DNA of 64,000 nucleotides, from the NCBI GenBank assembly GCA_038087875.1, contig CM075991.1:4712001-4776000 (forward strand), written 5' to 3'. The notes under the pieces were generated by a model that made no database searches, was not told the origin of the DNA, and was given only the letters and a program-made list of their open reading frames with translations. Positions 52,517 to 64,000 of this stretch are shown here, one piece after another. Origin of the DNA: Malacoraja senta (lineage: Eukaryota). Position numbers and translations under genes: made by a program. Numbering within the stretch: position 1 is the stretch's first letter; the number at the start of each line of letters is the position of its first letter.

Positions 52517-52641
52517 GGGGTGGGAGATTGCAACCTTCACGTGGTCCACCCTGTTTCGACGAATGCAATCAACCCGGCATGCACAAACAGAACAAGTTGT
52601 CTTACAACTTTAGGCTGTGCACGCCATACGCAAGAAGAAGA
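52517..52641 (+). mobile_element. Short retroposon with (AAG)n tail
   Basis: 10-bp TSD AGCACAGGCA (52507-52516, 52642-52651); second copy at 54971-55084. Confidence 0.85.
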
Positions 52642-53764
52642 AGCACAGGCAAAAAAAACCCACAGGAAAGAAGTGACCAAAATCGTAAGCAAATCAGGAT
52701 GTGTTCTAGAGAGGCAGATTGAAGGACAAAACATCAGTAGAACAGACAGGCCATAAATCAGGCTTTCAGGTAGCATATCACCTGAGGCAGGCCAAAAGCA
52801 AACAATGTTATAAAAGTATGAATAGATAGTTTTAAGATTAAAAGAGAGACATGGATTAAAGCCTAGCTCAGTGTCACGATGCAAGTTAGGTGAACATTTT
52901 AGCTCCGATTCAGACAATTTCCCAAGTTTGCAGTGATGGCTACAGAAAGATTAGTTTGCAAGGTTTTGTTGAATAATTGAGGAAGGCATGACTATGCCAG
53001 CTTATAAAATGGGGAATAGTATCCAAGGTGAGAGCTGTTTAAAAAATATCAGTTAATATTAGGCTCATATTGTTCGGCACGGACTTGAAGGGCCGAGATG
53101 GCCTGTTTCCGTGCTGTTATGGTTATATATATATATGCATTAGGCTTTATGCTATAGGTTGTCTCTTTCACCCTTGTGGAATTTAATTACACAATATAAT
53201 ATACTTTAAACAAATGTACTAATATGATCTGTGTACTTCAGTGACCGTATAGTTTTAATGTTAACTAATTTTAATATTAACTAAACATCTGCTTTTCGGT
53301 GATCCTCTCTCATTGTCTAAATGTAATTCATTTCAGCAATCACACCGGAAGGAGTCTGTTCCCATTTTGTATCGGCATTCACCGTTACCCCTTGAATGTT
53401 GCTCTTTAACTTTAAACATTGCTCATTCTCTAACTACAGTACATGTATTTTGAATGTAACATGTCAATCGAACACCACAATAGGCAATCAGTCCTTTCGG
53501 CAGCTTCTTGTATTCCCAAGTTTGCCAAGAACACTACCAGCGTTATAATACAAAATTCATCCCATGACAATTTAATTGACAGAGACCCCTACTTTTAATA
53601 TACTATTTCCACCCCGTTTTGCCATTAAATCCAGTCGATTTAATAATGTGATTATGTTTGACCATTAGCAAAACAAAAAGTAGAGATACATCTGAATATA
53701 TCAGCAGTCTGAAAAGACGGTGAAAGGGTTTTGTTCTAGTGACGACTTTGATATTTAGTTTCAA

Positions 53765-54215
53765 CTAGACTAAGCAGGTCCCAGTCACACGGGAGGCCTG
53801 GTCCCCCAACACAACCCATTCCTCAATGCAATATTCCACCACTCACCTGTTCCCCCAATGCAACCGCAGGAGCGTTCTGCAGCTGGGGAACGTTGACGGC
53901 TTCAGGCGGGGCCTGTTGGGGATCGGGGAGGGGGGGGGTGTGGGGGAGGGGGTGTGGGGGATGGGGGGGTGGGGGATGGGGGGGGTGGGGGTGTTGAGAA
54001 GGGTTTTGTAATTTTTTAAATGTCAATAACTTGTGAAATATAACATTAATCTGAACAAAACTTGACATAAACCACCACAGGACTGTGAGTAAGGTGGTGC
54101 AAAGTTTTAGTACCATTTTGGCGTAGTTCTGGGTGCACATACGCACGCATAGATAGATAGTTAGAAACAACCAAAATGAGAGATTTAGTAATAGATATAG
54201 ATATAGATATAGAGA
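53765..54215 (-). mobile_element. Non-autonomous Helitron-like element with both termini
   Basis: Minus strand runs A|TC(TCTATA)n...TTACTAAA at the 5' end to gggacctgcttagtCTAG|T at the 3' end; no TSD; G-rich tract inside. Confidence 0.75.
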
Positions 54216-54222
54216 TAATATA

Positions 54223-54700
54223 CCAGACCAAGTGGGACTTGTTGGGTCACTGTCACACGGGAGGCCTGGTCCCCCAACGCAATATTCTACCACTCAACCA
54301 TAGCCCCCAACTGCGCAGGGGCTGCTCGTTGTTTCCCGTTGTTCACCTTCCCTCATTTTAAACTTTAAAAAAAATGCAATTGCACTTGCTTGGGCTGGCA
54401 GAACTCAGTGTCCTGGGATAGCAACATTGTAACAAGCAGGGCTACAATCCCATTGTGACGTCATGGCTGTAAGTGCCAGTGCAGAGCGAATAATTTTTTC
54501 TCAAATTGGGGTTTTGTAAAAAATGTGAATGACTTTTAAAATATAACATCAATCTGAACAAAACTTGATGCACAACACCACAGGACTATGGTGAGTAAGG
54601 TGGTGCAAAAATTGTAGCCCTATCGTGTATCTTTTTGGCATAGTTCTCGTCATGAAAAGCACGCAAACAAACACGCAAATAGATGGATGTCGACTTTATA
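54223..54700 (-). mobile_element. Second Helitron-like element in tandem with the first
   Basis: Minus-strand 3' end gtgacccaacaagtcccacttggtCTGG|T (CTRR); body homologous to 54000-54150; 5' end approximate. Confidence 0.7.
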
Positions 54701-54970
54701 ACACCACAGGAATTTGGAAAAGGACATATCCAGCCTCTGCTTATAACGCCAGCCTCTTTAACGTTCCTTGTCAACTGATTGCTATCCCAGCTTCCGATGA
54801 GGAACCAATGTTTGGTCTGTTTTGATTTAATGTGAATTAAGAGTGCATTTGGTGAAGAATGGATTACTGGCTTGTAGTGAAAATACAATAAAGAAATCTT
54901 TTAGTAAAGTAGCCTGGGATTAGTTCTTATATAAAGTTGATCACTGATAGTGCGTATACCTGTCCTGTTG

Positions 54971-55084
54971 GGCCTTCACGTGTTTCGACGAATGCAATCA
55001 ACCTGGCGTACACAAACAGAAGATCAAACAGAACAAGTTGTCTTACAACTTTAGGCTGTGCACACCATACGCAATAAGAAGAAG
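54971..55084 (+). mobile_element. Short retroposon with (AAG)n tail, second copy
   Basis: Homologous to 52517-52641; TSD CCTG(T/G)CCTGTTG at 54959-54970 and 55085-55096. Confidence 0.8.
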
Positions 55085-56026
55085 CCTGGCCTGTTGCCAC
55101 GAGTGTTTGTTCTTTGGGAGAATGAGATGTCTGTGGGTTCTTCAACATTTTTCAAGTATAGAGCAGGATTTTGCTGATTATACTATCACTAGTAGTCAAG
55201 AACATTTTGAAAAGCAAAATATGATATAATATTAAGTGTTGTAAAGCATTAAAGTTATTGCAAAATGGATTCCTAAGTATCATTTGCAAGGAATAAACAT
55301 TGCTATGAAGTGATGCAGATGTTCTTGTTTTTATTGCCATGAATAATTACAAGTCATATAGCAATGATTAGTATGAAAAGTCTGTTTAAAGTACTTAATG
55401 CACAGATGTTAATTTGAACAGCTTTTAAACCTCATTGAGCTCTGTGGATGTGCTGTGCAACAAAACACAAAATTTGCAGTTTCTTTCCATGAGCACCATA
55501 CGTTCATATAAGCACCATGCCAAGTCAAATCAGTAAGCACGTGCTAAAAATCCCAAAGAATAGCTGCCAGTCATTTGTGGAACCATAGGTATTTTACTTA
55601 TTCAAAATTGATGTACAATCGAGACTTCAAATCATAAGGTAAGTGGGATGATGATATTGAAATTATTCATAGATGGCACCACATCTTACACAAAAGGACA
55701 GCACAGAAATGAATCATTCGGACAAACAAGTCCATTACACTGTTCAAACTCTACAGATTTCCCTCTGGTCTTATTAATCATAAAGGTAAAATTTTCCTTT
55801 CACGCACTTTTCTAGCTTCATCTTAAATGCATCAGCCAGTTCTTTGGTGCCAAGTTTCCCATTTTTATCACTCGCCAGATAAAAAGATATTTTGAATATC
55901 TTATTGGATTGAATCATTTCCTTGTTATATTCCAGTTGGACTGACTGGGCTAAGAACATTTCTTTTGTTAAATAGATATACAAAAATGGCACTGTGTAGG
56001 TATCCCACAAGCTGTTATCCCAGTAG

Positions 56027-56157
56027 GCGAAATCTCGTCAAGGTATGCCTGATTTTCCAGCATCTGCAGTTCCTTCTTTAACACTTTGTCTACTCCACTG
56101 CGAAATCTCGTCAAGGTATGCCTAGATTTTCCAGCATCTGCAGTTCCTTCTTTAACA
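56027..56157 (+). mobile_element. Miniature Penelope-derived insertion made of a tandem partial repeat
   Basis: Two copies of gcgaaatctcgtcaaggtatgcct(a)gattttccagcatctgcagttccttctttaacact; 15-bp TSD CTGTTATCCCAGTAG at 56012-56026 and 56158-56172; tail matches 6134-6165. Confidence 0.8.
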
Positions 56158-56642
56158 CTGTTATCCCAGTAGTCCTGATGCCAGTTTCATTTGCACTTTT
56201 CACGTTTAATAGCATGAATGCATTTTCTGTGCATTGTTCTTCTAATAACTGCAACACATGTTGGTTAGAAAAGCTATACCACGTATATGTGAAACTAAGG
56301 CTCAATCCTTTCAAAGGCACCTGACCATAAAATTATGAGCTTCATTCTGAGTTTTCATGTTTACATAGATGTTCAGCTGGACAGCTGGTGAAGAGCCAAC
56401 TTAAAAGATAAAATGATCTCAGTATCCTAGTTATTGAGGTCAGGAGGAGGAATGGGCTCTGTCTACTAGGGGATTTTTAAGGCCACTTTGAGCAAAAAGG
56501 AAGCAGCAATGACTGTAGATCCTGAGATGAGTGCTGGGACTGAGTTTACAAGGGCCTCAGACTAATGCTGGAATAAATGTCCTGCCCTTCCATACAGAAC
56601 CTTTGAATGTTATAAACTGTTGATAACACTTTAGAAATTGTC

Positions 56643-56925
56643 TTTAGTTTAGTTGAGATACACAGTGTGGAAACAGGCCCTTCGGCCCATTGAGTGTGCA
56701 TTGACAAAAAAATCACCTCGTACACTAGTTCTATCCAACCCACCAGGACAATTTACAGAAGCCAATTAAGCTCCAAACACGCACATTTTTTGAGCGTGGG
56801 AAGAAACCGTTGGAAACCCATGCAGTCTTCGGGAGAATGCGCAAACTCTGCACAGCAGCAATGCGTAGTTAGAATCTAAACCAGGTCTCTGGCGCTGAGA
56901 GGCAGCAACTCTACCGCTGCGCCCT
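56643..56925 (-). mobile_element. tRNA-derived V-SINE (HE1-like)
   Basis: Homologous to 7366-7655; head gcgcagcggtagagttgctgcctc on the minus strand. Confidence 0.85.
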
Positions 56926-59217
56926 GCATCCGGGGAAACAACTGCGGAATGTTTCTCAATTTGAAAGACGCACACAGTATCTGGTGAAGTAACCTGTTCC
57001 ATATTTGAGCCAGCTTTTCAATGTTTATTTATTTTGAAATGCTTGAGTCCCAGTGATTATCTTGTGCTGAGTCTCAACCTGACAAACCCCATCGTCAGGA
57101 TTTTATTGACCTTTTTCCATTTTCGGGCTGGAAGGTTAATATACATTGAATTTTCCTGACAAGAGTTTTATTTGTCTGTACCTGATGTCTTTAACAATGG
57201 CACTGCATAAGATAATAACTTTGAAGAGGAGGGTAAGAGTATAAAGAGCAGCATTGATGAGTCATATTTCTACATAACATTACATTACAAAACCCATTGT
57301 GGAAGATAACAAGGACATTGAATAAAGAAACCATAATGAAGGGGTTAGCATTTAATATAACTGCCGGGAGTTAGGTTAATAGATTTATTTTTTGATATTA
57401 CATTTTATTCAGCAAGTTACATTCGATAATTGCAGATAAACATTTGATTCTGTTTCAGGCAATGACGAAATTAACAAGGGCCGTTCATTGACATAGTTAA
57501 GTTGCAGAGATAAGATATTAATTTCTCTTCAAAGACAAATTAAGTCAATTTACAAATGTGAAGATCTATGTCTTTTCTGAGTTTCACCCCAGCGCAGTTC
57601 TGTCCATGGATGCCCATCAAGTCTGTTTTTAGTTGGATTTAATTTGAAAGAATTTATGCACTGGCTAAATTGTAAATAATGGGGCCTTAACCTTGGTCTG
57701 GTCGATAGCTGGCCATGATTTTCCACACATTGGAAAGCAGCATAGAACTGGGTGTGCAGCTCAGGTAAGATTTTAAAATCCCATTGTCATCAGCTTGCCC
57801 TAACAAATTATGTGATTATCGGTGGGTCGAGGGGAAAAATCCTGTAACGTTATGTTGAATGCCATTTTATGATGTCAGAAATGCTCAATGTTAGAAGAAT
57901 TCAATTGGGAAGGTTTAACTGTATTACTAGAGAATGTACAATTCTGAAGTCAATTTACAGGAGGAAGAGCAGGCCAATTGGCCCCTCAGGTCTATTTTGC
58001 CATTTAATAAAATTGTGGATGATCTGATGATAACTTCAACACAGGGCAACCTTTTATTTATTTTAAAATCTATCTACCTCTATCTTATAAATATTCAAAG
58101 ACAGTTTTGACTGCCCTCTGAAGAAAATATTCCAAAGACTTACGATTTAGTTCTAAAATAAAAATATTCTCTTCCCTGTCTTTAATGGGCTACCTCTTAT
58201 TTTTAACTGGGGGCCACTTGTTCCAGATTTGCATACAATAGAAAACTTCCTCCCTGCATCCACTCTATCATGAACCTTCAAGACTTTCCATTACGACCCC
58301 TCTCCTTCTTCTGAATTGCAGAGCACACTCGTTTAGCGATCTTTTTAAGTCTACCAACTAATTTCAGGTACTAATCTAGCAAATCTTCTTTGAACTCCTT
58401 CCAAAGCTTAGCACCCTATAATATGGAAAACAATGCTATAATTTCCATATTAAAGAATCTATCCCCAAATACTCAAAATAACTCCCGCTTTTTAGATCTC
58501 TGATCCCCTGTGAATAAAAGATGATATTCTATTATCTTTCCTATTACTTGCTGGATCTGCACAATAGCTTTTTGTGGACAGAAAGAGAAAGAAGTGTACT
58601 ATTAATGCATGATGTTTAAAGCAAATTAGATTTTGACTCATTCTTATACCTTGTGAGTTTTTAATGTGAATTGAGATGGAAGTTGACAACTTGGAATTCA
58701 TCTGTCCTATTTTGAAGGTTCACCAGCGACTTTGGAAATTGTGCAAAACAAATCTTAACATTAAAGCACCTGATTTCTAGAACTAAAGTGCTAATTCTCT
58801 TAATTAGTATGTTCAGAAGGCATTTGATACTCTTTGAGAGGTACCTTAACATTAAAACTCAGCCCGATCACAGCCAATTCAAATCTGAACTCCATTCAAG
58901 CATGTACTTTCTATTCAACCCAGCATACTGGCCTAGAGGCATGTGTAAAATATTGTTGCTAATCACTGACACTGAAGTGGAGTTAATATCCATACTGGAA
59001 AACTGATAGGGACTCTTAAACCATCAAAAAATAGACATAACGTGCTGGATTAAGCAGGTCAGACAGCATCTCTGGAGAACATTGATAGATGAGGTTTTGG
59101 GTTGAGACCCTTGCTCAGACTCTTTACCCTTTCATTTTCATCTACACAATAAAATAAATGCTGTTGCTGTCACTAAAGTGGGGCATTGGTGTCAATTTTG
59201 CCAATGTTTCTTGCACA

Positions 59218-59690
59218 TCTTTGGAGCGCAGAAGGTTAAGGGGGGACTTGATAGAGGTCTTTAAATTTATGAGAGGGATAGACAGAGTTGACGTGGAAAA
59301 GCTTTTTCCATTGAGAGTAGGGAAGATTCAAACAAGAGGACATGATTTGAGAATTAAGGGACAAAAGTTTAGGGGCAACATGAGGGGGAACTTCTTTACT
59401 CAGAGAGTGGTAGCTGTGTGGAATGAGCCATGATCATATTGAATGACGGTGCAGGCTCGAAGGGCCGAATGGCCTACTCCTGCACCTATTTTCTATGTTT
59501 CCAGTGGAAGTGGTGAAGGCAGGTTCGTTTTTATCATTTAAAAATAAATTGGATAGGTATATGGACGGGAAAGAAATGGAGGGTTATGGTCTGAGTGAAG
59601 GTAGATGGGACTAGGTGAGAGTAAGTGTTCGGCATGGACTAGAAGGGCCGAGATGGCCTGTTTCCGTGCTGTAATTGTTATATGGTTATA
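59218..59690 (+). mobile_element. CR1 3' fragment containing a nested CR1 tail of another subfamily (about 59430-59500)
   Basis: SLERRRLRGDLIEVFK...TRGH...FFTQRVVAVWNE is interrupted by catgatcatattgaatgacggtgcaggctcgaagggcc...; the host resumes ttccagtggaagtggtg. Confidence 0.85.
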
Positions 59691-60972
59691 TCCAGACCAA
59701 GTTGTTTTCTGCCTAACAGTAAATATTCAGGACACTTTCACGCATTTTCTACTTAAGAGAAAAAAGTTGTTTTAAGTGTCACTGTAAGTGGCATGATATA
59801 TAACTTTCTTTGCTTCCAAGTGACACAAATTGGTTCTTGATGTTATGTGTAAATGTACATGTTGTTCATTCCTCTAATGTAACTTTTCTAGGTTCTTACA
59901 TGTCAATTGGTTATTTCATTTGCCTAGAACACTAGTTATGTTTCAAAATGTAATCCATTGGCTGTGAAGCTCTTTGGAGTTGTTATGCTGGTTGTAAATA
60001 GCACATCATGTACAGATTCATTTATCTGCTTGTCACGCCAAAAGCAATTAATTACTTTTGAAATGATAAATTGGGTATGAGAAGTAAACAAGATAATTCT
60101 ATTTCTTGCTAAATAATTTAATGCAGCTTGACAAAAATTCATCTTTGCAATTCTGACATTGGGGTCAATCTTTCAAGACTTCGGCAGGAAATAATAAAGT
60201 AATAAACATTGAAGTTCTGATTTTTCAAGACTTTATTAGTAGGCTGGCATTGCAAAACTGGGTACTTAGAAACTGCCCCACACTGCATTTTAGGATATTT
60301 TCAAGAACAGAAAAAGATTGAGGAAATGCAAGTCTTGTTTAAAGTGAATATTGGAAAAGATTGAAAAAGGTCGGAAGGGTGGGTACAACTAATCGAGTTA
60401 TCGTGACAGATGTGTTAAAAACGAGGCACAACTCAGATCTTGCAGCTGTAGACCCCATCATAGATCCTTGAGTATATCGGAGAAAACCTATTACTGCTGC
60501 CACTTTTATTTCATGAGAGAGATTGTCACAAAGGTGGTAATGCCATCTGGCGCAGGATTGGAACAGGCTGACTACAATTGGAACAGCATAAACTCTCTCT
60601 CTTTATCGTTAGAGATTGTAATAATTGGATTTTTCAAATCACTACAGACAACTGCCATACAGCCATGTTAAGATATTAAACATGTACAGTAGTATTTTTG
60701 CATCATATTTGCAGGTCATTGCTTTTTACCTTAAGGGGCATTTAAGAGGCTTTTAGCTATGTACGTGGATATGCAGGGAATGGTGGGATATGGATCACAT
60801 GCAGGCAGAGGAGATTAGCTTGGCATCATGTTTTGCATGGACTTTGTGGGCTGAAGGACCTGTTCCTGGGTTGTACTATTCTATGTTTATCCCTGTGAAA
60901 CGAGTTACAATGAGACTCAACAAGACGGCTTTGAAGCTAGTACAATGACTTGGATGGGGGAGGGATGGAGAG

Positions 60973-61084
60973 GGGTTACTTGAAGTTAGAGAATTATGCT
61001 CTGATGATTTAGTCACCCACAATCTACAGGGTTACTTGAAGTTAGAGAATTATGCTCTGATGATTTAGTCACCCACAATCTACA
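60973..61084. repeat. Exact 56-bp tandem duplication
   Basis: 60973-61028 is identical to 61029-61084. Confidence 0.95.
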
Positions 61085-62189
61085 GTATATGACATTTAAA
61101 GGTGAAGTATTGTTGAAGATTGGGGTACATCTAGAAGCACACCAGAACTAGCATCCGATGCATGAGTTCTGAATTGACTGAGAATATTTTGATAATGGCA
61201 ACTGAGGCTGAAACCTGACCTTTGTATTCTTTGGCTGTTGGCGTCATCTTTTTGTGCAGCTATTTTTTTCCATAGCAAGTCATTTGCAGAAAGAACAACA
61301 GCTATGTGAAGTACCTTTAAGTGTTGCTACTATATGATGTGGTTGTTCGCAACAAGATTATTTGGGTGATGTATGAAAACAAGAGAACACTTATCTTTGC
61401 CTTTCTTTAGATTAAAATAAACTTGTACTTGGATTACAACCAGGTATGAGGGGCCTGTTGTTTCTCCTTGATTTAGTCATAACCTTTTTTTGTGTAGTTT
61501 GCACTTTGTATTTTGCAATAGAGTGGACTTAATTCCCAAATCTTTCTTCTATCCAATGCAGTAGAACCACCAGCATTCAGAATCAAGGGTAAAATGTTCC
61601 TTTATGTTCAGCTTGAATTTATAATGACACAGGAAAGGTTTTCCACACCATTCCATTGTGTCCATTATGGACTCTCCTTACGACACAGCATCTCTACAAT
61701 CCATACCTGCCTACCAATTTCTATTTAATTTTTGTGATAAAGCTACACTGAGAGGTAATTTATAAAAAGTAAATTAACCGGCATTGAAATTTGGGAGGAA
61801 TTAGGATTGCTTGGGGGACACCCACGTGGTCATGGGGGGAGAGTGTTCAAATTTCACATGCACAGTACCCAAGATCAGGAATGAACCGAGCCACAACTGA
61901 GTCACATTACTGCCTCAATCTTGTAAAAGCTGAATACCAACATTAATCTCTCTGGAGCATAACTCTATTACAGAACATCAGTTGGGTTCTGATGGAAGGT
62001 CACCGATCTGTTCTCTTTTCATGATTGCTGCCTGATTGCCAGTATTTTCTCTTTCGATAGTTTATTTGTGAGTGTGGTTTGTTATTATTTGTTTCAACAA
62101 AGATTATTATTTTTTCTAGATTTAAGCAATAGTTTATAATTCCATCGAAATTGCACATTCCAAACTATTGTTGAAAGTGAAAACTAACC

Positions 62190-62590
62190 CTCCCCCTCTC
62201 CTTTTTCCTGTGCCCCACTTGGACTTGCACCAATTTTTCCCCTCCTCCACCCCATCCACCTACGTTGCTTTCTGTAGCGTTATAACTCTTCAATCCGCAA
62301 CTCTTCAATCCTTTTATCTCACACTTTCTGTCTTTTCATCTCTGGCCTTTGTCCAACCATCTCCCTATCAAATAACCCTCCTCATCTGTGTTGACCTATC
62401 ACCTGCCATGCTTTGTCCTGCCCCTACTTCTACCTGTTTCTATCTTACCCCCACCACTACAATCAGTCTGAAAAAGGGTCCCAACCTGAAACGTCACCTA
62501 TTCATGTTCTCTTGAGATGCTGCCTGACCCGCTGTGCCCCTCCACCAGCGTTTACCTTTTTCTCGAGCTATCTTTGGTTTTCCAGCCTGG
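62190..62590 (+). mobile_element. Old Penelope 3' region and pLTR remnant
   Basis: Pyrimidine-rich tract then cagtctgaaaaagggtcccaacctgaaacgtcacctattc...gagatgctgcctgacccgctg. Confidence 0.7.
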
Positions 62591-63335
62591 ACTATCCTAT
62601 TGTTGGTAATTTTATACTTAATTTTAAATAAAGTTTTATTTTGCTCTGTCAGTTCCATCTGGAGTTATCCTAGTCTGCTTTTATGACTTTGTAACTTCTC
62701 TTCCCGAATTAACCTTGCAAATTGATCACGAGTCCCTTATTCAGTCTCTCAGCTGGTGTGGTTGTGGGTGCAAAATGGGCATTTTCAGGTTAACTAAAAG
62801 TTGTTTCCTTACCTTAGAGTCATAGAGCAAAAACAACATTTTAAGTACATTTAGACAAGTACATGCATAGGAATGTTTAGAGGGATACCGTGCTGGCAAA
62901 TGGAACTAGCTTAGATGGCATTTTGGGCAGCATAGATTAGTTGGGGCAAAGGTCCTGTTTCCATGCTGTATTACTCTGTTTCATGCCATGCCGTCCTTTC
63001 TCTAATCAAAATCGTTAATATAAATTGTGAATAGTTGATAGTCAGGACTGTTCTGTCAGGAACCTCAAGTAGCAGTCTGGTAAGCTAAAGATTATCTGTT
63101 CATCCCTACTCCCTTTAATGTCTAATTTTCTTTTAATGCACCTATTTTCCTGTCAACATCAATCAGGAGCTATGGGCCTTCTGGGTCCAACTTTGGGCTG
63201 CATTTTCTCTGTATGATACGCAGCCATCTTGGATAGCTAAAATGTAGAAGCAATGGTAGAGTGGCAGGGTGGGGATTACAAATTCTGTTATCCTCAAACA
63301 GGACACCAGATCCATTCTCCACAAATACATTGGAG

Positions 63336-63472
63336 TCGCACGGTGGCGCAGCGGCACAGCAGTAGAGTTGCTGCCTTACAGCGAATGCAGCGCCGGAGAC
63401 CCGGGTTCGGTCCGAAGACGTACAGGTATGTAGGTTAATTGGCTTGGTAAAGTGTAAAAAATTGTCCCTAGT
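63336..63472 (+). mobile_element. V-SINE 5' part, interrupted by a HERO-like insertion
   Basis: gcacggtggcgcagcgg...gagacccgggttcg head and aggttaattggcttggtaaagtgtaaaaaattgtccctagt core. Confidence 0.8.
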
Positions 63473-64000
63473 GGGTATCCAACCTCCAGAGCACCAGATA
63501 ACATCAAAGGATGCAAGCATTCTGCAGCCTGCTCGGGATTGGAAAATGGAAGTGGACTTAGAAAAAAGGCTTGTGTTTCCTCCAGACATTGTGGCTACAA
63601 CACTCCGGCCAGACATGGTCCTGTGGTCCACAACAGCCAAGTTGGCATACGTTGTGGAATTGACAGTTCCTTGGGAAGATGGTGTTGAAGAAGCTTATGA
63701 GAGGAAAAAGACCAAGTACTCTGAACTGGCAACTGAAGCTTCCCAGAATGGCTGGAAGACCAAGGTTTTCCCTGTCGAAGTGGGATGCAGGGGATTTGTT
63801 GCTACATCTATGACCAGGCTGTTAAAGAAAATGGGGGGTGAGGGGTCGCTCCCTCCAACAAGCAATCGAATCATTCTCAAATTCTGCAGAAAAAAACAGC
63901 AATTGGATGTGGATCAAAAGGAGAGACAACATTTGGGCTGCAAGATGAAGTCAGGAGGGTATGGAATTGAGGGGGGTGTAACTGGGACGTTGAGCCCTCT
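63473..64000 (+). mobile_element. 5'-truncated HERO-like non-LTR retrotransposon (restriction-like endonuclease domain); runs off the window end
   Basis: Translates as DWKMEVDLEKRLVFPPDIVATTLRPDMVLWS...VVELTVPWEDGVEEAYERKKTKY...PVEVGCRGFV. After one extra base in the G run at 63833-63838 it continues ...SNWMWIKRR to TGA at 63946-63948. Confidence 0.88.

Noticed and set aside
57459..57500. Acceptor-like tgtttcag followed by GNDEINKGRSLT, considered as the next PEBP4 exon
   Set aside because: Phase is incompatible with the phase-0 upstream exon, there is an in-frame stop, and no good donor.

Overview
Eukaryotic, repeat-dense vertebrate genomic DNA. The repeat families (HE1-like V-SINEs, HER1-like CR1 LINEs, many Penelope remnants) point to a cartilaginous fish, probably a skate or ray; this is inference. 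The only host-gene sequence I can support is one 99-bp internal coding exon of a PEBP-family gene, most likely PEBP4 (47097-47195, + strand), so the window is probably mostly two large introns. The rest is transposon-derived. There is a full-length but decayed DIRS1-type tyrosine-recombinase retrotransposon with intact terminal repeats and internal complementary region (14504-19254, -). A full-length decayed L1 with a 12-bp TSD sits inside a CR1 fragment (22575-28668, +). Also present are a 5'-truncated L1, RTE, CR1 and HERO-like fragments, a Tc1 MITE, non-autonomous Helitron-like elements, GC-rich non-coding retroposons with Rex1/Babar-like tails, and Penelope-derived repeats carrying hammerhead-ribozyme motifs, some as TSD-flanked palindromes. 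I cannot show a new biological system from sequence alone. The best leads are the palindromic double-hammerhead elements, the tandem-repeat Gag of the DIRS element and the GC-rich chimeric retroposons. Family assignments come from motif recognition, not database searches, and boundaries of old repeats are approximate.
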